From contig JBGTLG010000039.1 in assembly GCA_041744215.1 (NCBI GenBank), positions 1 through 64,000 on the forward strand: 64,000 bases of DNA, given 5' to 3'. Position numbers and translations under genes: made by a program. The notes under the pieces were generated by a model. The model saw only the letters and a program-made list of their open reading frames with translations, searched no databases and had not been told where the DNA came from. How positions within the stretch are numbered: the first letter of the stretch is position 1; each line of letters opens with the position of its first letter. The stretch comes from Fimbriimonadales bacterium (GTDB lineage: Bacteria; Armatimonadota; Fimbriimonadia; Fimbriimonadales; ATM1). Of the stretch, positions 27,639 through 41,391 are shown one piece after another.

Positions 27639-30600
27639 ATGAAAGAGATCAAGCACGCCTCGAGTCCGCTAAGCCAGGTTCTCGAGGTCCCGAACCTCAT
27701 AGAGGTTCAATTGAACTCATACAAGCAGTTTCTTGAACAAGGACTTCCCGAACTTCTAAAAAGCTTCTCCCCGATCAAAGATTTCACCGGGTCGAACTAC
27801 ATAGAGTTTCTCGATTTCTCGCTCGGAGAGCCTAAGTACGACATCGACGACTGTCGCGACCGCGACGTTACGTTTGAGGCGCCCATCAAGGTGCGGGTCC
27901 GACTAGGCGGCCGAGACCGGGAGGTCATCGAGTCGGAGGTCTACCTCGGAGACTTGCCCCTGATGACGAACCAAGGGACGTTCATCATCAATGGACGTGA
28001 AAGAGTCATCGTCTCCCAACTAAGCCGTAGCCCCGGCGTTTACTTCTTTGACGAGCCCCAGCAGGCGACAAAGTGGGAACTCCGCCACGTCCTCATGCAT
28101 CGGCTTCCCCTCCGTGCGGAGGTGCTCCCAAACCAAGGCAAGTGGCTTGAGGTCAGCGAAGCCGAACCGAATTTCGTCCTGTTCGCACCGCTGAATCAGA
28201 GCAAAAAGATCCCCGTAACCCAGTTGCTCAAGGTTTTGTCCGCGTTCGAGACGGCGCGCGTCCCGACGCGATTGCTGGTTGAGAACGCAGTGAACAAGCG
28301 GCTAGCTGAGCCTCTTGCCGACCCGGAGACCGGCGAGGTCCTCGGCGACGCCGAAACTCTGCTTACGCAAGAATTCATTGACAGCCTTCCAAAGAGCGTC
28401 CGGGGCACCAAGGCGGTGGTTCACACCCCCGTCGGATCGAACGAGGAGCTCGTTACCTCTTTCGGTGTCAAACACGTGCTGAAGTCCCCGAAAGAAGGCG
28501 ACCTGATCGGAAAGCGCGCGACAGGGGACATCAAGGATGGAGACGAGGTCGTAATCGCGAAATCTGGCCGGATTGATCGAGACGTGGCAAAGAAGATCGC
28601 TGCGATGGGCCTGAAGCGACTTGAGGTCATTGAGGTCAACCCATTTATTGACGCGACTCTCGAACACGACACTACGGATTCGACCAAAACCGCCCTCAAA
28701 GACCTGCATAGAAAGTTGCGTCCAGGAGAGTCACCTGACGAGGAGAACGCTAAGTCACAGTTCTATTCCCTGTTCCTGGACCCTAGAAACTATGATTTAG
28801 GCCGAGTCGGGCGACACCAGATGAATCGCCGCCTCGGGATCGAACTCCCGGACACGGCGCGCAACATAACCATCGAAGATGTGGTTGCGATGATCAATCG
28901 ACTCGGGCTACTGCTCGAAGGCGAGATCGGCGGCGACAACATCGACCACCTTCAAAACAAGCGCATCAAATCGATCGGCGAATTGCTTCTCAATCAGATG
29001 CGTGTCGGCCTCAGCCGGATGGAGAAGGTAGCTCGAGAGAGAATGACAAGCGCCGAGCCAGAGAACTTGCTGCCCGGGATCATTCTGAGCGTGAAGCCAG
29101 TTACGGCAAGCATCCGCAGCTTCTTCAGCAGTAGTCACCTGAGCACGTTCATGGATCAGACCAACCCGCTAAGCGAACTGTCAAACAAGCGGAGACTCTC
29201 GACTCTGCCGGATCGCAGACCGTCCGCGTCTGGGCGCGCGGGAGTTGTCGACGCGCAACGTGAAGTTCAGCCAAGCGAATATGGCCGAATCTGCCCCATC
29301 GAGACGCCGGAAGGGCCCAACGTAGGACTTATGAAACAGCTCAGCGTATACGCAAAGATCGATGAAGACGGTTTCTTGCACGCGCCTTTCCGAACCGTCA
29401 AGAACGGCAAGGTTACTGACGAACTCAGCTATCGCGTATCAGGAGACGAGGACGACAAAAAAGTAGCCCCGCCGGATACACCTCTTGGCCCCAACGGCGA
29501 AATCTTGGACGATCCTGTTATGGTTCGTTTCCGAGGCGAATTCCCCGAAGTTCCTCGCAACGACGTTGAGCTTATGGACGCTTCGCCGCTCATCTTTTCT
29601 GTCGCAGCTTCCTGTGTTCCATTCCTGAATCACGACGACGGGGCACGGGCCCTGATGGGCGCGAATATGCAGCGCCAGGCAGTGCCCTTGCTCCGTTCAG
29701 AGGGGGCCTTCGTTAGCACCGGTTATGAAGAGAGAATCGCCCGCGATACAGGGACGACCATCCTCGCGCACCGGTCGGGCATTGTGAGAAACGTCACGGC
29801 GTTGTCGATCCAGATTGAAGCCGACGACGACGGCACTCTCGATGTGTACCCTCTGGAGCACCTGCGCCAGTCGAACAAGTCTACGTGCTTCACGCACAGA
29901 CCGCAAGTGTTTCCGGACGAGCGGGTCACAAAGGGTCAGCCAATCGCCGATGGCCCATCCTGTCACGACGGAAAACTTGCCCTTGGCAAGAACCTCGTTG
30001 TCGCGTTCATGCCGTGGCGTGGCTACAACTTCGAAGACGCGATTTTGGTGAGCGAGCGACTGGTCAAGGAAGACACGTTTACGTCCATCCATATCGAACG
30101 ATACGACACCGAAGCGGTCGACACAAAGCTTGGGCCGGAAGAAATCACCCGAGATATTCCGAACGTCGGTGAAGAGGCTTTAAAGGATCTTGACGAAAGT
30201 GGCATCGTCCGGATCGGAGCCGACGTGCGTCCTCTCGACATCCTCGTAGGAAAGGTCGCTCCGAAGGGTCAGGTTGAACTAACGGCCGAAGAGCGACTCA
30301 TCATCGCGATCTTCGGGAAGAAAGCGGAAGAAACTCGCGACGTATCGTTGCGAGTCCCACACGGCGAGCAAGGCACAGTCATCGACGTGAAGGTATTCAG
30401 CCGCTACAAGTACCGCGACAAGGCGACCGGCAAGATTTTCCACGAGTCGAAGAAGCGCGAGCACATGGTGAGTGAGATAACAGGCGGCGATCTGGAGCAG
30501 ATTCCAGGTGATGAGCTACCTGCCGGAACGAACATGACTGTCCAGGTGCATGTCGCGCAAAAGCGCAAGATTACGGTCGGAGACAAGATGGCGGGGCGGC

Positions 30601-31655
30601 ACGGAAACAAGGGTGTCATTTCGCGGATCGTCGCTGAGGAAGATATGCCTTTCCTCGCCGATGGACGCCCGGTGGACATCGTGCTGAACCCACTCGGCGT
30701 ACCGAGCCGATTGAATGACGGTCAGATGCTTGAGTCGCTGCTCGGATTGGCGGGAGCGAAGCTTGGCATTCGCTTCATCTGCCCTGCGTTCGAGGGCTCA
30801 AGGCCTGAGCAGGTGATGGCGGAGATGCGGCGCATCGCCGAACAAACTCGCCGAGACGTTTTGCAGGCATACGTAAACTCGGAACTGGGCCTCAATCTCA
30901 GTTTCAAGCGAGGTGTGGCTGTACAAGAGATGCTGAATGAGATCGAGGACGCGCTTCGCAAGCTTGGGAAGACCCGGCTCGAGGCGGTATCGAGGCTCGT
31001 AGCCGCCGAACCTGCGATAAGCGTCGCAGACATGGATCCTGAAGCCGAGTTCGTTGTTGAAGACAATGAACCCGCGCATAAGGCTCCTGATCCAGTGTAC
31101 ATATCGATCCTCGATGCGATCCGACAACGTGTTTGGGTTCGCGCCGGAATTGATGAGACAACCGGAAAGAGTCTGTTACGCGATGGTTGGTCTGGCGACT
31201 TCTTGGAGTTCCCCGTCTCTGTTGGCGTGATGTATATGTTCAAGCTTGAGCACCTCGCCGAAGAGAAGATTCACGCTCGGAGCATTGGCCCATATTCTCT
31301 GGTAACTCAGCAGCCGCTTGGCGGAAAAGCCCAGTTCGGCGGCCAGCGCTTCGGAGAAATGGAAGTCTGGGCGCTCGAAGCGTATGGCGCGGCGAATACA
31401 TTGCAGGAGATCATCACGATCAAGTCTGACGATGTGATGGGCAGAGTCAAAACGTACGAGAGCATCGTGCGTGGAGAAACAATGCTCGAGCCAGGGATAC
31501 CAGAATCGTTCAAGATCCTCGTCAACGAGCTAAGGAGCCTCGGCTTGCGCGTCACAGTTGAGGACGCAAACAACCGGGAAATCAGCCTCCGAGACCTAGA
31601 CGAGCATTCGCAGGGCGACGACATGAAGCTCGCGAGATCAGTCGGCTTCTTTTGA
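27639..31655 (+). CDS. rpoB: RNA polymerase beta subunit (divergent)
   Basis: CPIETPEG, RALMGANMQRQ, GDKMAGRHGNKG, GGQRFGEMEVWALEAYG. Confidence 0.98.
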   Translation: MKEIKHASSPLSQVLEVPNLIEVQLNSYKQFLEQGLPELLKSFSPIKDFTGSNYIEFLDFSLGEPKYDIDDCRDRDVTFEAPIKVRVRLGGRDREVIESEVYLGDLPLMTNQGTFIINGRERVIVSQLSRSPGVYFFDEPQQATKWELRHVLMHRLPLRAEVLPNQGKWLEVSEAEPNFVLFAPLNQSKKIPVTQLLKVLSAFETARVPTRLLVENAVNKRLAEPLADPETGEVLGDAETLLTQEFIDSLPKSVRGTKAVVHTPVGSNEELVTSFGVKHVLKSPKEGDLIGKRATGDIKDGDEVVIAKSGRIDRDVAKKIAAMGLKRLEVIEVNPFIDATLEHDTTDSTKTALKDLHRKLRPGESPDEENAKSQFYSLFLDPRNYDLGRVGRHQMNRRLGIELPDTARNITIEDVVAMINRLGLLLEGEIGGDNIDHLQNKRIKSIGELLLNQMRVGLSRMEKVARERMTSAEPENLLPGIILSVKPVTASIRSFFSSSHLSTFMDQTNPLSELSNKRRLSTLPDRRPSASGRAGVVDAQREVQPSEYGRICPIETPEGPNVGLMKQLSVYAKIDEDGFLHAPFRTVKNGKVTDELSYRVSGDEDDKKVAPPDTPLGPNGEILDDPVMVRFRGEFPEVPRNDVELMDASPLIFSVAASCVPFLNHDDGARALMGANMQRQAVPLLRSEGAFVSTGYEERIARDTGTTILAHRSGIVRNVTALSIQIEADDDGTLDVYPLEHLRQSNKSTCFTHRPQVFPDERVTKGQPIADGPSCHDGKLALGKNLVVAFMPWRGYNFEDAILVSERLVKEDTFTSIHIERYDTEAVDTKLGPEEITRDIPNVGEEALKDLDESGIVRIGADVRPLDILVGKVAPKGQVELTAEERLIIAIFGKKAEETRDVSLRVPHGEQGTVIDVKVFSRYKYRDKATGKIFHESKKREHMVSEITGGDLEQIPGDELPAGTNMTVQVHVAQKRKITVGDKMAGRHGNKGVISRIVAEEDMPFLADGRPVDIVLNPLGVPSRLNDGQMLESLLGLAGAKLGIRFICPAFEGSRPEQVMAEMRRIAEQTRRDVLQAYVNSELGLNLSFKRGVAVQEMLNEIEDALRKLGKTRLEAVSRLVAAEPAISVADMDPEAEFVVEDNEPAHKAPDPVYISILDAIRQRVWVRAGIDETTGKSLLRDGWSGDFLEFPVSVGVMYMFKLEHLAEEKIHARSIGPYSLVTQQPLGGKAQFGGQRFGEMEVWALEAYGAANTLQEIITIKSDDVMGRVKTYESIVRGETMLEPGIPESFKILVNELRSLGLRVTVEDANNREISLRDLDEHSQGDDMKLARSVGFF

Positions 31656-31704
31656 TCAAAACAGGGCATAGCCCACAAAACAACTCAGGAGACTCAAAAC
31701 AACA

Positions 31705-32001
31705 ATGGCAAGTGTAAGATTCGTATTCGACAGCGGCGACGTAATCATCCCCGCAGAGACAGACCGCAGCGCAAAGCTGATCATGTCAGGCTTCCGGCGA
31801 AAGATGGAGGCCGGCGATGAGATGATCGATGTCAAAGGAAAGGACGGCGTTCGGCTAGTTAATGCGGGCAAAGTGAACTACATCGAAATCGTCGGCGGCT
31901 CAGCCCGCAGCAGCAAGCCCGCGGCACGCGGAGGCGCAACGGCGAAGAAGACAGTTCGTAAGGCGAAGACCACTCCCGCGCGCGGTCGTAAGCGACGATA
32001 A
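31705..32001 (+). CDS. Small hypothetical protein with basic tail between rpoB and rpoC
   Basis: 98-aa ORF with AGGAG upstream; ~63-aa globular part plus K/R/A-rich tail. Confidence 0.8.
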   Translation: MASVRFVFDSGDVIIPAETDRSAKLIMSGFRRKMEAGDEMIDVKGKDGVRLVNAGKVNYIEIVGGSARSSKPAARGGATAKKTVRKAKTTPARGRKRR

Positions 32002-32046
32002 CAGCCACCGCCGTATTGGCAACCAAACTGGAGTTGAAATCACAGC

Positions 32047-35000
32047 ATGCCCGACGTAACTCTTTTTGAAAAAATCCGTGTGGGAATTGCGAGCCCGGAA
32101 GACGTTCTCGCATGGTCTCATGGCGAAGTAAAGAAGCCCGAGACCATCAACTATAGAACGTTCAAGCCGGAGCGTGATGGACTTTTCTGCGAGCGGATTT
32201 TTGGACCGGTCAAAGACTGGGAGTGCCACTGCGGTCGATACAAGAAGGTCAAGTACAAGGGCATCGTGTGTGAGAGGTGTGGCGTCGAAGTCACCCGGTC
32301 GCGCGTGCGCCGCGAGAGGATGGGTCACATCGAACTCGCGGCGCCCGTGTGTCACATTTGGTTTTTGAAGGGCGTCCCTTCGCCGGTTGCGCTTCTCCTA
32401 AACATCGGACCACGCGATCTTGAAAAGGTCGTCTACTTTGGGTCGTTCATCGTCATCGACCTTGACAAAGTGGGCCTCGACGAGGGCCGGTCACAGATTG
32501 AAGAACTAGTCGAGCTCGAAAAGTCCGCGCTCGAGCAAAGCATGGCTGAGCTTGAGGAAGAGATTCGCGACGCATTCGCCAGCGAGTTGGAGGAGAACAA
32601 GGACGAGTATGACGAGTCAATCATCAAGGATCGCACGAAAGCGGTCAATGATCGGATAAAGGCCGAGCAGCGAGACTCCCAAGATCGCGTCAAAGAGATG
32701 GATGTCGCGCTGGAAGTACTGTATAAGCTTGAGCAGAATCAACTGATCGAGGAAGACAAGTTCCGAGCTGTCGATCGGATGTTGAATGCTGTGTCCCGTC
32801 GAAGCGGCAAGCAGTACAACCAGATGCTTAAAGCTGGCATCGGTGCGGCTGCGATCAAGGAGCTTCTGCTCCGGGTCAACCTCGACTCGACTTCCAAGGA
32901 GCTTCGCGCAGGCATCATGCGGAGCCAAGGACCAAAGCGCGCGCGCATGATTAAGCGCCTCGAAATTGTCGAAGCGTTTATCAACTCGAAGACTAAGCCC
33001 GAGTGGATGGTCCTAGAGGTAATGCCCGTGATCTCGCCTGAGCTACGGCCCATGGTTCAGCTTGATGGCGGCCGGTTCGCGACATCCGATCTCAACGATC
33101 TCTACCGACGCATCATCAATCGGAACAATCGTCTGCGCAAGATTATAGAAATCCGGGCTCCTGAATCAATCATCAATCATGAGAAGCGTTTGCTGCAAGA
33201 AGCGGTAGACGCACTTGTCGATAATGGCCGTCGGTCCCGACCGGTGGTCGGCAGCAACAATCGTGCTTTGAAGTCCTTGAGCGACATGCTTAAAGGCAAA
33301 GAGGGACGGTTCCGAAAGAACTTGCTTGGAAAGCGTGTGGACTATTCTGGAAGAGCTGTCATTGTGGTGGGTCCTCACCTCAAGCTCCATCAATGCGGTT
33401 TGCCGAAAGAAATGGCGCTTGAGCTGTTCAAACCCTACGTGATGAAGGCGCTCGTGGACCAAAAGCTCACGCAGAACATCAAGACTGCGAAGCGCATGAT
33501 CGACCGAATGCACCCGGCAGTGTGGGATGCTCTTGAGGAAGTCATCAAAGATCACCCGGTGCTGCTTAACCGCGCTCCAACGCTCCACCGATTCGGCATT
33601 CAAGCCTTCGAACCGATCCTCGTCGACGGCAAGGCGATCCAGGTGCATCCACTCGTGTGTCCGCCCTTCAATGCGGATTTTGACGGTGACCAGATGGCCG
33701 TGCACGTTCCTCTCAGCGCTGCCGCACAGGCCGAAGCACGCATCCTAATGCTGTCGAGCAATAACCTGTTCTCGCCAGCGGATGGACAGCCGACGATGGC
33801 ACCGGTACAGGACATCATTCTTGGATCGTACGCACTAACTGCTCTCAACCGTAAAGCGCTTACGCGCTTCGAAGCGGAGACAGCTGCGCATCGGAAGGAT
33901 CCCGAAAAAGTGCGCGCACCGATGACGTTCTCGTCCCCTGACGAGGCAATCCTCCTTGCAACGCACCCAGATGCCGCGGTTCGGATTCCACTGAACGACC
34001 CCGTTTTCGTCCGTGTCCGACGTCCATCCGGATTAGCAAATGAAGCGGGCGAGTTCGAAGAGTGGGAGACTGTCGTGCGACAAATGACGCCCGGTCAGTT
34101 GATCTTCCACGAAGTGCTCCCGTACCCAGTAAAGCACCACGATGATTGGATTGGAGTCGAGTTCACAAAACGAAACCTGACTCGGCTCATCACTCACGTA
34201 CGCAACGCAACTTCAACGCAAAAGACTGTCGAGATGTTGGATCAAATCAAGGAGCTCGGATTCGAGTGGGCGACACGATACGGATTGACAATCGCGCTTT
34301 CGGACGTAGACCCGCGCTCCGCTCCAACTTCCGACCTATCGCTTGTCAATGAAATGGCACGGCGCGAAATCGCAGGTCAGGCCATCAGCCATGATATCGA
34401 GAAAGATTTTGAAACTGCAGGACGATTGAAGGGCCTGATTGAGGCTAAGATCGGCGAAGCTAAAAAGGCGACCACCGAAGTTCGAAAGCACTATCAGCTT
34501 GGCACGATGGCGACGAACGAGCGAGACCGAAAGCTACAAACGATTTGGCAGGGCGCGTTCGGAGCGCTGTCCGACACTATTGTTACGGAGATGGGGCAAT
34601 TCAACCCGCTTCGAATGATGGTCGACTCAGGCGCAAGGGGATCGCGTGAGCAGTTGGTTCAGCTGATGGCAACGCGCGGAATGTTCCGTAACAACTTCAA
34701 TCAGCCGATCACGGACATTGTAGGTGGCAACGGGTTGTTCGATGGCTCACGTGTGTTCGAGTACTTCGTGTCGATGTTCGGTGCCCGAAAGGGTGTCACG
34801 GATACCGCGCTCTTGATGGGTTACTCCGGATTCATCGCCCGCCGTCTCGTTGATGTGTCACACGACATCGTGATCAAAGCTGAGGACTGTGGCACCACCC
34901 AGGCCATCTACGTCGCGAAGATTATCAAAGAAGGGGACGTCGTTGAGCAACTCAGCATTCGATGCAAGGGTCGAACGTCGATTGAACGAGTTACATTGCC

Positions 35001-36762
35001 TGGCAGCAAGGAAGAAGTCGTGCTCTGCGAAGCTGGTGACGCCTTTGGCGACAAGGGTGCGGCGCTCTTAGACGAAGCCGACGCTCTCTATTACAAGCTT
35101 CGAAGCGATGCTCAAGAGGCGAAAGACGTCGATAAGGCGACCGAGAAAGTCGAGGCCGACTTCCGCAAACACGGCTTCCGCATTGGTGAGCACGGCGAGT
35201 TGCAGGTATCAATCAGGAGTCCGCTTACGTGCGATCTCGACAGCGGCATCTGTTCCAAGTGCTATGGCTGGGACCTCTCGACCAAGAAGTTCGCCGAGGT
35301 TGGCCTTGCAGTTGGCGTCATCGCAGGTGAAACGATGTCTGAACCTCTGTCTCAGTTGACGATGAGAACATTCCACCACGGCGGCGTTGCGACGGGCACG
35401 GTCCTTACTGGATACAACCAAGCTGGGCGAATGTACGGCACACTACACCAAGAGCTCAAGGTTGACCTCAAGACTGATGAGCTTGACGTGCATGAGATGC
35501 CGGACTTTATTGGTGAGCAGCGCGGCTTGCTCGATGAACTCACGGGGAAGGCCGAGCGGCTCAAGGCCGAAGCAGAGAAGCCGACAAAGAAGACTAAAAA
35601 GTCCTTGACGCCTCCTCCGCGAACCACAGCGAACCGTCAACTCGCTCGGGAGTTGGTGGAGCACTCGTTCTATCACTACGTAGGCATACCCTTCGTAGAG
35701 AGGCTTCTTGAAGCTCGTCGCGCGCCCAAGGGTGAGGCAGTCGTGTCTCGCTACGATGGTGTGGTCGACACAATCAAGGTCGGTCAGCTTGGTCGATGGA
35801 TTGTGATCCGGGCTATCGTCACCCCTGGGGAGCACGACATCGCTGGTAAGACGATCGCTGAGCGGGTCCTCCATCCAGAAACGAAAGAGACACTTATCGA
35901 AGCTGGCACAGAGATCAACAAGGCAGCTACCGACAAGCTTGCGAAGCACGGCGTGGAGAAGCTCACGATTTTCGAAGTGATCCTTCTTCCGAAGCGTCGA
36001 ATCCTTCTGGTTGAGACAGGCGACAAAGTCAAAGCGGGCGATCCTCTCACCCAGGGTCCGCTCGATCTTGGCAGCCTCCTCGAGTTCCGAGGAGTTCGCG
36101 CGGTGCAAGAATATCTGGTAAGTGAACTTCAGTCGATTTACAAGTCGAATGGCGTTAGCATCAACGACCGTCACTTGGAGGTCATCTGTCGCCAGATGCT
36201 GCGAAAGGTTCGCATAAAGGAAGGCGGTGACTCAAAGTTCTTGCCCGGCCAAATCATAGATCGATTCGCTTTCCGAAGAGAGAACGAACGTCTTCAGCAG
36301 ATGATTGCAGCGAAAGAAGAAGTCGAGTATGAGGACATTGAAACCAGCGACATGAAGAAACGGCTTCCGATTCCTGCCACGGCTGATGCAGTCATTCAGG
36401 GCATCACCGAAGCCGCCCTAACGACTGAGTCATTCCTATCGGCGGCCTCCGCGCAGAAGACTGTTCGTGTGCTTACAGACGCGGCCGTCAAGGGGCGCAC
36501 AGACGATCTAGTGGGCCTAAAGGAAAACGTGATCATTGGGCGGCTGATCCCCGCCGGATCAGGATTCCCGGCATACCGAAACATCGCCGTCAAGACGACG
36601 CGAGAGCCGGTGTGGGCAAAGGCTCCTATCACGGCACTCGCGAGTATGCAAGACCGCGAGGATGTGGAGGAGATCGAAGAATTCGACGAGAGCGATATCG
36701 GAGATATCCGATCGCTCGCTGAGAGCCTCGGCGCAGAACGCGTCGACGAAGCAGACGTTTAG
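32047..36762 (+). CDS. rpoC: RNA polymerase beta' subunit (divergent)
   Basis: N-terminal Zn ribbon, [30 protein letters not shown]. Confidence 0.98.
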   Translation: MPDVTLFEKIRVGIASPEDVLAWSHGEVKKPETINYRTFKPERDGLFCERIFGPVKDWECHCGRYKKVKYKGIVCERCGVEVTRSRVRRERMGHIELAAPVCHIWFLKGVPSPVALLLNIGPRDLEKVVYFGSFIVIDLDKVGLDEGRSQIEELVELEKSALEQSMAELEEEIRDAFASELEENKDEYDESIIKDRTKAVNDRIKAEQRDSQDRVKEMDVALEVLYKLEQNQLIEEDKFRAVDRMLNAVSRRSGKQYNQMLKAGIGAAAIKELLLRVNLDSTSKELRAGIMRSQGPKRARMIKRLEIVEAFINSKTKPEWMVLEVMPVISPELRPMVQLDGGRFATSDLNDLYRRIINRNNRLRKIIEIRAPESIINHEKRLLQEAVDALVDNGRRSRPVVGSNNRALKSLSDMLKGKEGRFRKNLLGKRVDYSGRAVIVVGPHLKLHQCGLPKEMALELFKPYVMKALVDQKLTQNIKTAKRMIDRMHPAVWDALEEVIKDHPVLLNRAPTLHRFGIQAFEPILVDGKAIQVHPLVCPPFNADFDGDQMAVHVPLSAAAQAEARILMLSSNNLFSPADGQPTMAPVQDIILGSYALTALNRKALTRFEAETAAHRKDPEKVRAPMTFSSPDEAILLATHPDAAVRIPLNDPVFVRVRRPSGLANEAGEFEEWETVVRQMTPGQLIFHEVLPYPVKHHDDWIGVEFTKRNLTRLITHVRNATSTQKTVEMLDQIKELGFEWATRYGLTIALSDVDPRSAPTSDLSLVNEMARREIAGQAISHDIEKDFETAGRLKGLIEAKIGEAKKATTEVRKHYQLGTMATNERDRKLQTIWQGAFGALSDTIVTEMGQFNPLRMMVDSGARGSREQLVQLMATRGMFRNNFNQPITDIVGGNGLFDGSRVFEYFVSMFGARKGVTDTALLMGYSGFIARRLVDVSHDIVIKAEDCGTTQAIYVAKIIKEGDVVEQLSIRCKGRTSIERVTLPGSKEEVVLCEAGDAFGDKGAALLDEADALYYKLRSDAQEAKDVDKATEKVEADFRKHGFRIGEHGELQVSIRSPLTCDLDSGICSKCYGWDLSTKKFAEVGLAVGVIAGETMSEPLSQLTMRTFHHGGVATGTVLTGYNQAGRMYGTLHQELKVDLKTDELDVHEMPDFIGEQRGLLDELTGKAERLKAEAEKPTKKTKKSLTPPPRTTANRQLARELVEHSFYHYVGIPFVERLLEARRAPKGEAVVSRYDGVVDTIKVGQLGRWIVIRAIVTPGEHDIAGKTIAERVLHPETKETLIEAGTEINKAATDKLAKHGVEKLTIFEVILLPKRRILLVETGDKVKAGDPLTQGPLDLGSLLEFRGVRAVQEYLVSELQSIYKSNGVSINDRHLEVICRQMLRKVRIKEGGDSKFLPGQIIDRFAFRRENERLQQMIAAKEEVEYEDIETSDMKKRLPIPATADAVIQGITEAALTTESFLSAASAQKTVRVLTDAAVKGRTDDLVGLKENVIIGRLIPAGSGFPAYRNIAVKTTREPVWAKAPITALASMQDREDVEEIEEFDESDIGDIRSLAESLGAERVDEADV

Positions 36763-36768
36763 AGAACA

Positions 36769-36817
36769 GAAGTAGATCCGGCAACGGGCTGGTAGTAAGC
36801 CCTGCCGGATCTACTTC
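36769..36817. terminator. Long hairpin between convergent genes, probable bidirectional terminator
   Basis: GAAGTAGATCCGGCA...TGCCGGATCTACTTC 15-bp inverted repeat. Confidence 0.6.
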
Positions 36818-37676
36818 CGTTCTGGAATCAACGTCCAGTTCACCTGGCACGGCGAGCCCTCGCTCGTCGTGATCACGCGGCGGAAATCAAAGTCAAAGCA
36901 GATTGCCTCGCTCTGGCCCTCGAATGGAACTGGTATTGCCGCAGGTCGCTTTGTGAACCAATCGTCCGGTGATCCTTCATAGAGTAAGGCTGCCAGATAA
37001 GTTCGAATCACGACTCGCGTGCCGTTGGCGTTCATATCCCCAGCAGTTGCCATTCGCATCAGAGGAGTTGAGCCATCAAGACGTAAAGTCCCCAACCTCC
37101 GCAGTGTTGACTCACCGTGCTTGAGATCAGAAAAGTAGACACCGCTCTCACCATCTCGTGACTTTGTGACAAGCTGAACGTTGCCTTCGGGAGTGACGAG
37201 CAGAGCTTCACAATCATGCTCGCCGTCAGGGTATCTAAGAACAAACTTCTCGAACTCTGTCACTTGGATGCTGCCCGCAGCTGTCGATGGCTCAGGGATT
37301 CGGTAGACGATGACCGACTGGCGGATGCGATTGTTGTCACCAATGTCTCCCACGAAAAGATAAGGCTTGCCATTGATCGTAGCGCTTGCAATGTCTTCCC
37401 AATCTACCGCCTCGACACCCTTCAACGTGTAAGTCCCCAAGTCCTTTCCGCTCGCATCGAACGCATAGAGGTTTGCGCCGTCTCCGCTGTCGTTGTGTGT
37501 CCAGTAAACGCCCCTTGTGAGCCGAGAAAGGGCTATTCCACTACTTTCGACAACCTCAGCGCTTTCAAGAGTACACAGCCTGCCAAAGACCTGCTGTTCG
37601 ATAACGGGTAGTCTGGCCTCAACATTTGCGGAAGCACAGCCTGCAACAAAAGCCATAACGCAAATGAGTGTGCGCA

Positions 37677-37677
<1 letters not shown>
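36811..37677 (-). CDS. Putative lipoprotein, conserved beta-propeller-like family
   Basis: Lipobox VAGC; ESSG, HNDSGD, DWEDIA, GDIGDN, DCEAL motifs. Confidence 0.7.
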
Positions 37678-41384
<3,707 letters not shown>

Positions 41385-41391
41385 CTTCGCC

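Noticed and set aside
27639-36762. rpoB/rpoC as pseudogenes or intein-containing genes
   Set aside because: Both frames are full length with catalytic motifs intact; the inserts lack intein C...HN signatures
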